This document shows positions 1 to 7,652 of a stretch of 24,000 nucleotides of DNA, piece by piece. The position numbers and the translations under genes were made by a program. Under the pieces are notes generated by a model. It was not told the origin of the DNA and made no database searches. It saw nothing but the letters and a program-made list of their open reading frames with translations. The stretch is taken from the NCBI GenBank assembly GCA_963775235.1, contig CAVZHY010000006.1, positions 321,695 through 345,694 of the forward strand, in the 5' to 3' direction. Source of the stretch: an uncultured Alphaproteobacteria bacterium. Lineage in GTDB: Bacteria; Pseudomonadota; Alphaproteobacteria; Rhizobiales; Kaistiaceae. The stretch's first letter is position 1, and each line of letters begins with the position of its first letter.

Positions 1-419
1 TCACCTGCATCCTGGCGATGCGTCGCGGAGACCAGATGATCGAAGAGATCGGCGAGCTCGCCGGGCTCGCGCGCACCAATCCGATCATGGCGTTCATGCT
101 TGGAATGCTCTTGTTCTCACTTGCCGGGATCCCGCCACTCGCAGGTTTCTTCGCCAAGTTCTATGTGTTCCTGGCTGCCGTACAGGCAGGACTGTATGTG
201 CTTGCCGTCATCGGCGTGCTCGCCAGCGTCGTTGGAGCGTACTATTACGTGCGCATCGTCAAGGTCATGTACTTTGACGAGCCGGTTGGGGGCTTCCAGC
301 CGATGTCGACTGAGCTGAGAACCGTCCTCGGCATTACCGGCGCATTCGTCTTGTTGTTTGTCTTCCTCGCGGGCCAGATCGGCAGCGCCGCGGAGTTCGC
401 CGCGAAGACTTTTTTCTGA
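1..419 (+). CDS. nuoN: NADH-quinone oxidoreductase subunit N, C-terminal part (5' end lies outside the window)
   Basis: The frame is open from base 3 to the TGA at 417-419. The polytopic hydrophobic sequence SLAGIPPLAGFFAKFYVF...GAYYYVRIVKVMYFDEP is the conserved NuoN/ND2 C-terminus. nuoN followed by birA is the usual alphaproteobacterial order. Confidence 0.9.
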   Translation, partial: TCILAMRRGDQMIEEIGELAGLARTNPIMAFMLGMLLFSLAGIPPLAGFFAKFYVFLAAVQAGLYVLAVIGVLASVVGAYYYVRIVKVMYFDEPVGGFQPMSTELRTVLGITGAFVLLFVFLAGQIGSAAEFAAKTFF

Positions 420-423
420 GGCG

Positions 424-1185
424 ATGGCGAACGCTCTTCCTCAAGGCTACCGCCGGCTGAGTTTCGACAGCGTGGCGTCGACCAACGCAACGGCACTGGC
501 GGCCGCCCGGGATGGTGAGCCGAGCGGTTTGTGGGTGACGGCCGGCGAGCAGACCGCCGGGCGCGGGCGGCGCGGCCGTGGATGGACGACGGGGCGCGGC
601 AACCTGGCGGCCTCGCTGATGCTGGTTGATCCGGCGGCCGCTGACGTCGCGCCGACCCTCTCATTGGTCGCCGCGGTCGCGCTTCATCAGGCCGTGATCG
701 ACGTAGCAGGCCCGGCTGCCGCTGAGCGCCTGGCGCTCAAATGGCCAAACGATCTTCTGTTCGACGGGCTCAAGGTAGCGGGCATTCTGGTCGAGGGGGA
801 ACACCTCAGTCATGGCCGCTTGGCCGTGGCTATCGGCGTCGGTGTCAACTGCGTAGCGCACCCTCCGGCGAGCAACCACCCGGCCACAGACTTTGCCGAA
901 CGCGGGATACCCCTCGCGTGCGAGGCCGTGTTCGCGGCACTGGCCCAGCGCATGGCCGGCGAGATCACGGTGTGGGCCCGCGGCGTCGGAATAGCGGCAA
1001 CGCGCCGGGCCTGGCTCGCGCGCGCCAGCGGCGTCGGCGGGCCAATCCGCGTCAACCTCGGCGGGCGCGTGATCGAGGGTCGTTTCGAGGCCCTGGACGA
1101 GGCCGGCCGGCTGATCGTTGTGAGGGCCGATGGCACGCGCGAGGCAGTCAGCGCGGGCGACGTGTTCCTCCTTGCCGCTGGGTGA
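424..1185 (+). CDS. birA: biotin--[acetyl-CoA-carboxylase] ligase (group I BirA, no N-terminal HTH)
   Basis: The ORF 358-1185 was trimmed to the ATG at 424 (MANALPQGY...). It has the biotin-binding loop GRGRRGRGW and the KWPNDL motif. It lies directly after nuoN. Confidence 0.88.
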   Translation: MANALPQGYRRLSFDSVASTNATALAAARDGEPSGLWVTAGEQTAGRGRRGRGWTTGRGNLAASLMLVDPAAADVAPTLSLVAAVALHQAVIDVAGPAAAERLALKWPNDLLFDGLKVAGILVEGEHLSHGRLAVAIGVGVNCVAHPPASNHPATDFAERGIPLACEAVFAALAQRMAGEITVWARGVGIAATRRAWLARASGVGGPIRVNLGGRVIEGRFEALDEAGRLIVVRADGTREAVSAGDVFLLAAG

Positions 1186-1191
1186 GCCGGG

Positions 1192-2865
1192 GTGGCTGGC
1201 GATCGCGACGACGAACTCGTTTTCCTGCCGCTTGGCGGCGTCGGCGAGATCGGCATGAACCTCGGCCTTTACGGATTCGGTCCGCCGCACCGCCGGACGT
1301 GGCTTGCCGTCGATTTCGGAGTCGCCTTCGCCCACAACGATCTGCCCGGCGTCGATCTCTTATTCCCGGATATCGCCTACCTGGAAGCGGAGCGAACCAA
1401 CCTGGCGGGAATTGCCATTACGCACGCCCACGAGGATCACTTCGGCGCGCTTATCGATCTGTGGCCACGGCTGCGGGTGCCTGTCTACGCCACCGCCTTC
1501 ACCGCCGGACTGCTCAGCGCCAAGCTTGCCAGCGAGCCAGGCGCGACCATCGTGCCGGTCACGCCTGTGGCGACGGGGGATCGCATCAAGATCGGTCCGT
1601 TTGAGGTCGAGTATATCAACGTCGCCCATTCGATACCGGAATCGCATGCCCTCGCCATCCGGACGCCCCTCGGGACCGTCGTGCATACAGCCGACTGGAA
1701 GTTGGACGACACACCGCCGATCGGGCCACCGACCGACGAGGAACGCCTGCGCCAGATCGGCGAAGAAGGGGTGCTGGCGCTCCTTTGCGATTCGACCAAT
1801 GCGTTGCGCGAGGGACGCAGCCCGAGCGAGGCAGAGGTTGCGCGTGAGATCGCGTTGATCGTCGGCGAAGCCAAGGGCCGGGTCGCCTTCACAACATTTG
1901 CCTCGAACGTCGGGCGTCTCAAATCAGTCGCTCTTGCCGCCCAGGCGGCGGGCCGCGATGTGGTGGTGGTCGGCAGGGCCATGCGCAGGGCAATCGACGT
2001 TGCATTCGACCTCGGTCTACTCGACGGCCTCCCGCCTTTTCTCGACGACGAGGCATTTCCCTATCTGCCGCGCGACAAGGTGGTCCTGCTTCTGACCGGT
2101 AGCCAGGGCGAGCCGCGTGCTGCCCTGTCGCGGGTAGCCAGCGCCGACCACCCGAGGATCGAGTTGGTCGCGGGCGACACGCTGGTGTTCTCGGCCCGCG
2201 AAATTCCCGGGAACGAGCTTGCCATCCGCGGGATCATCAATCAGCTGACCGCGACCGGTGTGCGAGTGATCACCGATCGCGACCGCCTTGTACATGTCTC
2301 CGGCCATCCGCGTCGCGGCGAGTTGCGCGAGATGTATGGCTGGATCAGGCCCCGCATTGCAGTTCCCGTCCACGGGCAGGCTATGCATCTTGCCGCCCAC
2401 GCTGACCTCGCGCGGGATCTCGGCGTCGAGACCGTGGTCGTCATCGAGGACGGGATGATGCTGAGGCTGGCTCCGGATCCGGTGAAACAGGTGGACGAAA
2501 TCGATGCCCGGCGGCTGTATAAGGACGGCCGCCTGATCGGAGACCTTGAGGCGATGGGGGTGACAGAGCGGCGGCGCCTCGCGTTCTCCGGTCACGTCGC
2601 CGTATCAATCGTGCTGGATGACAACGGCGACCTGACGCTCGATCCTGAAATCATGACGACTGGTTTGCCAGGCGCGGACGCCGATGGGCGACCGCTGGAG
2701 GAGGCCGTCATGAATGCGGTTCTTGGCACTCTTGAGTCAATTCCGCGTCGGCGGCGCCGCGACCCCGAGGTCGTGCGCGAAGCCGTCCGCCGAACAGCCC
2801 GTGCAGCGGTCCGAGACGCCTGGGGTAAGAAGCCAGTTTGCGCTGTGTTCGTGGCGGTCGTATGA
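1192..2865 (+). CDS. rnj: ribonuclease J (metallo-beta-lactamase / beta-CASP family RNase)
   Basis: 557-aa ORF with a GTG start. It has the HxHxDH motif (ITHAHEDHFGAL), later beta-CASP motifs (HVSGHPRRGEL) and the length typical of alphaproteobacterial RNase J. Confidence 0.88.
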   Translation: MAGDRDDELVFLPLGGVGEIGMNLGLYGFGPPHRRTWLAVDFGVAFAHNDLPGVDLLFPDIAYLEAERTNLAGIAITHAHEDHFGALIDLWPRLRVPVYATAFTAGLLSAKLASEPGATIVPVTPVATGDRIKIGPFEVEYINVAHSIPESHALAIRTPLGTVVHTADWKLDDTPPIGPPTDEERLRQIGEEGVLALLCDSTNALREGRSPSEAEVAREIALIVGEAKGRVAFTTFASNVGRLKSVALAAQAAGRDVVVVGRAMRRAIDVAFDLGLLDGLPPFLDDEAFPYLPRDKVVLLLTGSQGEPRAALSRVASADHPRIELVAGDTLVFSAREIPGNELAIRGIINQLTATGVRVITDRDRLVHVSGHPRRGELREMYGWIRPRIAVPVHGQAMHLAAHADLARDLGVETVVVIEDGMMLRLAPDPVKQVDEIDARRLYKDGRLIGDLEAMGVTERRRLAFSGHVAVSIVLDDNGDLTLDPEIMTTGLPGADADGRPLEEAVMNAVLGTLESIPRRRRRDPEVVREAVRRTARAAVRDAWGKKPVCAVFVAVV

Positions 2866-2872
2866 GCAATCG

Positions 2873-3277
2873 ATGATCGGGCGTCTCAATCACGTCGCTA
2901 TTGCCGTCACCGACCTCGCGGCTGCCGCCGCCCTCTATCGGGACACGCTCGGCGCGACGGTTTCAGAGCCAGTGGCGCAGCCTGACCATGGCGTGACCAC
3001 GGTGTTCGTCGAGCTTCCCAACACCAAGGTTGAGTTGATTTCGCCACTCGGTGCGAATTCGCCAATAGCGGCGTTTCTTGATCGCCATCCCTTCGGGGGC
3101 ATTCACCACATCTGCTACGAAGTCTCCGATGTGGGCGCCGCCAGTCGCGACCTCGCCGCCAAGGGAGCACGGATTCTCGGCGACGGTGAACTGAAGATCG
3201 GCGCACACGGTAAGCCGGTCGTCTTCGTGCATCCCAAAGACTTCCTCGGCACGTTGATCGAACTGGAGCAGGCGTGA
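2873..3277 (+). CDS. mce: methylmalonyl-CoA epimerase (VOC/glyoxalase-fold)
   Basis: The ORF 2714-3277 was trimmed to the ATG at 2873 (MIGRLNHVAIAV...). The ~134-aa protein has RLNHVAIAV, GGIHHICYEV and VVFVHPKDFLGTLIELEQ, as in Mce proteins. The upstream extension overlaps the rnj 3' end. Confidence 0.85.
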   Translation: MIGRLNHVAIAVTDLAAAAALYRDTLGATVSEPVAQPDHGVTTVFVELPNTKVELISPLGANSPIAAFLDRHPFGGIHHICYEVSDVGAASRDLAAKGARILGDGELKIGAHGKPVVFVHPKDFLGTLIELEQA

Positions 3278-3543
3278 ACCTCCTCACGATGGTTGCGATC
3301 TATTTTATTGTCTGGTGGCTGGTGCTGTTCGCCGTGCTGCCGTGGGGCATGCGCACTCAGGAGGAGGACGGTGAAGTCGTACTCGGTACGACCGCCAGCG
3401 CACCGGCGCGTCCCCGACTCCTGCGCACGGTCATCGTGACCACCTTGATCACGTCCATCCTGCTTGGCTTGTTCTGGCTGGCGGTCAACGTTTTCGGCCT
3501 CAGCGTGTGGACGATCGGGGATTGGTTCGATCTTCGCCAATAA
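3274..3543 (+). CDS. DUF1467 family small membrane protein
   Basis: 89-aa ORF. Its GTG start overlaps the mce stop (GTGA); an alternative ATG lies at 3289. It has two hydrophobic helices (VAIYFIVWWLVLFAVLPWG ... ILLGLFWLAVNVF), matching the DUF1467 proteins conserved next to mce in alphaproteobacteria. Confidence 0.75.
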   Translation: MNLLTMVAIYFIVWWLVLFAVLPWGMRTQEEDGEVVLGTTASAPARPRLLRTVIVTTLITSILLGLFWLAVNVFGLSVWTIGDWFDLRQ

Positions 3544-3570
3544 AAAGAGCAAGGCCTGTCGGCCTTGCTC
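3541..3570 (-). terminator. intrinsic terminator oriented for a minus-strand transcript (perfect 10-bp GC-rich stem, 4-nt loop, T5 tail on the minus strand)
   Basis: Plus strand: AAAAA-GAGCAAGGCC-TGTC-GGCCTTGCTC-ACGG. Stem arms are 3547-3556 and 3561-3570. The U-tract exists only when read on the minus strand (GAGCAAGGCC GACA GGCCTTGCTC TTTTT). On the plus strand no T-run follows the hairpin. Confidence 0.6.
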
Positions 3571-3972
3571 ACGGAGTTCCCGCGTCTCAACCCTTCGTGC
3601 AGCACCCGTAGACCCAATAGGCGCTTGGGCCTATTTTCAGAGGTCCTGCGGCAGCGGCCCTGAGGCGCGCGCCTGAAGGGATCTTCCTCCCAAGACTTAG
3701 ACCGCGATGCCTTGTTTTTCGAGGGGCAGCGGTCGCAACGACCGGTCGTCCCACTTATTGGCGAGAGCCTACCTAAACTCTTGGTCGTTGTCACCAATTT
3801 GTCCGGTCGCAGCCCAAAATTTTTGCACCGGATCGACGGGTGGGTGGCAAATCATTACGGGCGCCTGGCATCGTTCGCGTGGTGCGTCTCCTCTCGCGAT
3901 AGCGGGCCTTGTTTTTTCGCGATGGTGCGGATTGACTGGCGCCCTTCAATCCGAGCCGGAGCAGCTCCGACG

Positions 3973-5302
3973 ATGCACCTTTCGCGCTACTTCCTGCCGA
4001 TCCTTCGAGAAACGCCCAAGGAAGCCGAGATCGTTTCCCATCGGTTGATGCTGCGAGCCGGGATGATTCGCCAGCAGGCTGCCGGCATCTATTCCTGGTT
4101 GCCTCTTGGCCAACGCGTCCTTGCCAGGATCGGGACAATCGTTCGAGAGGAGCAAGACCGGGCAGGCGCCATCGAGATTCTCGATGCCCACAATTCAGCC
4201 GGCGGACCTGTGGCGAGAAAGTGGGCGCTATGACGACTACGGCAAGGAGATGCTGCGCATCGCCGACCGGCACGAGCGCGACATGCTGTTCGGCCCGACC
4301 AACGAAGAGATGGTAACGGACATCGTGCGCGCATATGTCACGTCGTATCGGGCGCTGCCGCTCAATCTTTATCACATCCAATGGAAATTCCGCGACGAAG
4401 TGCGACCTCGTTTCGGCATCATGCGCGGTCGTGAATTCCTGATGAAGGATGCCTATTCGTTCGATGTCGACCAAGCGTCTGCCATGGTTGCCTACAACAA
4501 GATGTTCGTTGCGTATTTGAGGACTTTCGCGCGGATGGGCCTCACGGCTATTCCGATGCGGGCGGAAACGGGACCGATCGGCGGCGACCTGAGTCACGAA
4601 TTCCTCGTCCTTGCCGAGACCGGCGAATTGGGAGTTTACTGCGACAAGGCGATTCTCGATGCGGCGGTGCCCGGTGAAGATGTCGACTACGACGCCGACT
4701 TGGGGCCGATTATCGAACCGTGGACATCTTATTATGCAGCGACCGAGGACGTGCACGAGGTCGCTCGTTTCGAACGAGAAGTGCCGGCGGAGCGGCAACT
4801 GGCGACGCGCGGTATCGAGGTCGGGCAGATATTCTATTTCGGCACCAAGTATTCGGTGCCTATGAAAGCAACGGTGTCGGGCGCGGACGGCACAGACAAG
4901 GCGGTCCATGGCGGTTCGTATGGCATCGGTGTGTCACGTTTGGTTGGCGCCATCATCGAGGCGAGCCACGATGAGGCCGGGATCATATGGCCGGACAGCG
5001 TGGCCCCGTTTGAAGTTGGGCTGATCAATCTCAAGGTCGGCGATCGCGCGGTTGATGCTGCTGCGCTCGACCTATACGTGCGTCTCAATAACGCCGGAAT
5101 TTCAGTGCTTTACGATGACCTCGATCAGCGGGCTGGTGCCAAGTTCGCGACCATGGACCTGATCGGGCTGCCCTGGCAGGTGATCATTGGACCCAAAGGG
5201 CTGGAGCGCGGCGAGGTCGAGATCAAGCGTCGGGCGACCGGGGCGCGGGAGGCGCTGAGCCTCGATGGAGTGCTGAACCGCATGGGCGACAGAAAGCGGT
5301 AA
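3973..5302 (+). pseudogene. proS: prolyl-tRNA synthetase (ProRS, short alphaproteobacterial type); reading frame broken by an apparent 1-nt insertion near 4183
   Basis: The N-terminal part starts at the ATG at 3973 ([46 protein letters not shown]...AGAIEIL) and runs into a stop at 4231-4233. Homology continues in the +1 frame from 4184 ([26 protein letters not shown]...). The total of 1330 nt equals 443 codons plus 1 nt. Confidence 0.9.
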
Positions 5303-5307
5303 GCAAA

Positions 5308-6576
5308 ATGGCGGTTCCCGTCGGTACCAGACCCTTTGCCCGATTCGAGTGGATGATTGCCGGGCGGTACCTGCGCTCGCGCCGTCGTGAGGCTTTCATC
5401 TCGGTGATCGCCAGCTTCTCATTTATCGGCATCATGCTGGGCGTTGCCACGCTGATCATCGTCATGGCGGTGATGAATGGGTTCCGCGCCGAACTGATAA
5501 ACAAGATCCTGGGCCTTAACGGTCATCTGATTTTGCAGGCCACGGACACCAAACTGACCGACTATGAGCCGGTGGCGGCGCGCATCGCGCAGGTGCCGGG
5601 CGTGCGCGCCGCGATCCCTTTGGTAGAGGGACAGGCGCTGGCAAGCGGCCAGAATTCGTCAAGTGGCGTGCTGGTTCGCGGTCTGCGTCAGGAGGACCTG
5701 CCCAAGGTTCCCGGCATCTACAACAACGTGCGACTGGGGACACTCGTCGACTTCGACAAATCCGGCGGGGTTGCGATCGGCTCCCGTTTGGCGACCGATC
5801 TCGGCCTTACCATAGGGTCACGCCTGACGCTTGTGCAGCCGCGCGGCACCGTTACGCCTCTGGGCGTCACGCCGAGGATAAAGTCCTATCCGATCGTGGC
5901 GATCTTCGAGATCGGCATGTCCGAGTATGACTCCACGTTCGTCATTCTGCCGTTCGCAGAGGCGCAGATTTATTTCAATCTGGAGGATGAGGCGAGTGCG
6001 GTCGAGATATACCTTGATGACGCCGATTTAGTGGATCGTCTGCGACCGGCGATCGAGCAGGCTGCCGACCGCCAGGTGTTGCTGACCGATTGGCAACAGC
6101 GCAACATGACATTTTTCTCGGCGCTGGAGGTCGAGCGCAACGTCATGTTCCTGATCCTGACTTTGATCGTGTTGGTTGCCGCCCTCAACATCATTTCCGG
6201 CCTCACCATGCTGGTCAAAGACAAAGGCCATGACATCGCCATCCTGAGGACGATGGGGGCGACGCGCGGCACCATCATGCGGGTGTTCTTCATCACCGGT
6301 GCGTCGATCGGCACCGTGGGCACGCTGGCGGGCTTCCTGCTTGGCGTGGTGATCAGTCTCAACATTGAATCAATCCGCCAATTCCTGTCGCAGTTGACGC
6401 AGACTGAGCTTTTCTCGCCGGAGCTTTACTTCCTGAGCCAGTTACCGGCGGACTTGGACGTTCGGGAGACGCTGACCGTCATCATCATGGCCCTGACGCT
6501 GTCGTTTCTGGCGACGCTCTATCCGGCATGGCGGGCGGCTCGTCTCGACCCGGTCGACGCGTTGCGCTACGAATGA
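5308..6576 (+). CDS. lolC: lipoprotein-releasing ABC transporter permease (LolC/LolE family, MacB/FtsX-type)
   Basis: 422 aa. An N-terminal TM helix is followed by a large periplasmic domain and three C-terminal TM helices. The protein ends [13 protein letters not shown]. Its stop overlaps the start of the lolD ATPase gene. Confidence 0.88.
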   Translation: MAVPVGTRPFARFEWMIAGRYLRSRRREAFISVIASFSFIGIMLGVATLIIVMAVMNGFRAELINKILGLNGHLILQATDTKLTDYEPVAARIAQVPGVRAAIPLVEGQALASGQNSSSGVLVRGLRQEDLPKVPGIYNNVRLGTLVDFDKSGGVAIGSRLATDLGLTIGSRLTLVQPRGTVTPLGVTPRIKSYPIVAIFEIGMSEYDSTFVILPFAEAQIYFNLEDEASAVEIYLDDADLVDRLRPAIEQAADRQVLLTDWQQRNMTFFSALEVERNVMFLILTLIVLVAALNIISGLTMLVKDKGHDIAILRTMGATRGTIMRVFFITGASIGTVGTLAGFLLGVVISLNIESIRQFLSQLTQTELFSPELYFLSQLPADLDVRETLTVIIMALTLSFLATLYPAWRAARLDPVDALRYE

Positions 6577-7346
6577 GCTTGCAACCCAAACGATCGGCCA
6601 ACGCGCCGCGCCGTCCGGTCCTGCGGCTCGCCAAGGTCGAGCGGCACTATGGCGACGCCAACGGACGGATCACGGTGCTCGATGGCGCCGATCTCGCGAT
6701 CTATCCGGGGGAGATGGTGGCGTTGGTAGCGCCGTCAGGTGCCGGCAAATCGACGCTGTTGCAGATCGCCGGCCTGCTCGAGCATCCGGACTCGGGCGAT
6801 GTGGTTGTCGCTGGACGCGCGTGCGCCGGGCTCGCGGATGCCGAGCGAACGGCAATCCGCCGGCTCCAGATCGGGTTCGTCTATCAGTTCCACCACTTGT
6901 TGCCGGAATTCACGGCGCTGGAAAACGTGATGATGCCGCAGCTCATCCGCGGCATGAATCGCGGCGAGGCGAAGCGGCGGTCGGTGCAGCTTCTCGCCTA
7001 CATGCGCGTCAAGGAACGGGCGAGCCATCGGCCGCCGGAGCTCTCCGGCGGTGAGCAGCAACGGGTGGCGATCGCGCGGGCGGTCGCCAACGCGCCGCGC
7101 CTTTTGCTCGCCGACGAGCCAACCGGCAACCTCGATCCCCACACCGCCGGCTTCGTCTTCGACGGCCTGATCAGGCTGGTGCGGGCGTCGAAGCTGGCGG
7201 CGCTGATTGCGACGCATAATCACGACCTGGCGGCCAGGATGGACCGGCGGATCACCCTCCGCGAGGGCAAGGTGATCGAGCTGGACTGGCCAAGATCGGC
7301 GACGCGGAAGAGCGTCGTCAGCGACCGGGACGAGGCCACCGGCTAG
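6573..7346 (+). CDS. lolD: lipoprotein-releasing ABC transporter ATP-binding protein
   Basis: The ORF was trimmed to the ATG at 6573, which forms an ATGA overlap with the lolC stop. It has Walker A (APSGAGKST), the ABC signature ([14 protein letters not shown]) and Walker B ([12 protein letters not shown]). Confidence 0.9.
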   Translation: MSLQPKRSANAPRRPVLRLAKVERHYGDANGRITVLDGADLAIYPGEMVALVAPSGAGKSTLLQIAGLLEHPDSGDVVVAGRACAGLADAERTAIRRLQIGFVYQFHHLLPEFTALENVMMPQLIRGMNRGEAKRRSVQLLAYMRVKERASHRPPELSGGEQQRVAIARAVANAPRLLLADEPTGNLDPHTAGFVFDGLIRLVRASKLAALIATHNHDLAARMDRRITLREGKVIELDWPRSATRKSVVSDRDEATG

Positions 7347-7383
7347 CGCCGAAAAGCGAGGATTCCCTTGGGTTCAGGGCGGA

Positions 7384-7412
7384 TTGACAGGAGAACAAAC
7401 AGAGAACATAAT
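7384..7412 (+). promoter_or_regulatory. sigma70-type promoter, TTGACA-N17-CATAAT
   Basis: The -35 TTGACA is at 7384-7389. A 17-nt spacer covers 7390-7406. The -10 CATAAT is at 7407-7412. It lies in the lolD-dnaE spacer, 36 nt upstream of a small ORF with a Shine-Dalgarno sequence. Confidence 0.6.
7393..7407 (+). promoter_or_regulatory. LexA operator (alphaproteobacterial SOS box, GAAC-N7-GAAC direct repeat) inside the promoter spacer
   Basis: The sequence is GAAC AAACAGA GAAC, with GAAC at 7393-7396 and at 7404-7407. It matches the GTTC-N7-GTTC / GAAC-N7-GAAC operator described for Rhodobacter, Rhizobium and Caulobacter LexA. It overlaps the spacer and the -10 element, a position that would repress transcription. 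Confidence 0.6.
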
Positions 7413-7447
7413 CCGGCGGACAGCTACCGGAAAAGGGGATTTTGTTC

Positions 7448-7546
7448 ATGCGTTACCTGGTCCGCGACGCGGCCGCGCTCGTCGCCATCGGTGCCTTCAT
7501 TGCCATGATTGCCCTGTTGTCGGAAGGGTTGCGGGCCCTGGTGTGA
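7448..7546 (+). CDS. small hydrophobic peptide, 32 aa (MRYLVRDAAALVAIGAFIAMIALLSEGLRALV); candidate SOS-induced membrane peptide
   Basis: The ATG at 7448 is preceded by AAAAGGGGA (GGGGA at 7435-7439, 8-nt spacing). The stop TGA is at 7544-7546. The peptide has a basic N-terminus and one predicted TM helix of about 17 residues. It is too short for the supplied ORF track. It lies downstream of the LexA-box promoter. Confidence 0.45.
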   Translation: MRYLVRDAAALVAIGAFIAMIALLSEGLRALV

Positions 7547-7652
7547 GGCCTGTTGCGGTCGCAGCGGCGCCTGCTGTGGATGGCTGCCCGGATATGTGGA
7601 CACCGGGGGCGCCCATCGCCGACACTTGCCGCGTCAGGGAGAGAGCGGAATC

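Noticed and set aside
358-423. Upstream in-frame extensions in the ORF track for birA (358), mce (2714), lolD (6528), cdsA (17179), bamA (20645) and the proS N-terminal fragment (3712).
   Set aside because: The extensions overlap the preceding gene or are Arg-rich with no homology. The internal starts (424, 2873, 6573, 17314, 20708, 3973) coincide with conserved N-termini, with Shine-Dalgarno sequences or with ATGA-type coupling overlaps.
3683-3691. CUUCCUCCC on the plus strand (GGGAGGAAG on the minus strand), reminiscent of the anti-SD loops of alpha-r14/cuckoo-type sRNAs, or a Shine-Dalgarno sequence for a minus-strand small ORF.
   Set aside because: Those families have several such loops, and only one copy is present here. 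I could not place it in a convincing hairpin loop. On the minus strand no ATG, GTG or TTG start follows within a usable distance. It is kept only as a detail of the sRNA candidate.
4177-4190. Programmed ribosomal frameshifting as an explanation for the proS and bamA frame breaks.
   Set aside because: The proS site (AUU CUC G AUG) has no slippery heptamer and no obvious downstream stimulatory structure. No programmed frameshift is known in ProRS or BamA. The bamA site is a plain G5 run, a classic sequencing-error context.
7509-7652. Cys-rich 48-aa N-terminal extension of the dnaE ORF (MPCCRKGCGPWCEACCGRSGACCGW...), which looks like a metal-binding or RiPP-like leader.
   Set aside because: DnaE homology begins at FVHLRVHS, just after the GTG at 7653, which has its own Shine-Dalgarno-like GGGAGAG. 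The extension overlaps the better-supported 32-aa ORF in another frame and has no SD. It is most likely an alternative-frame artefact of GC-rich sequence.
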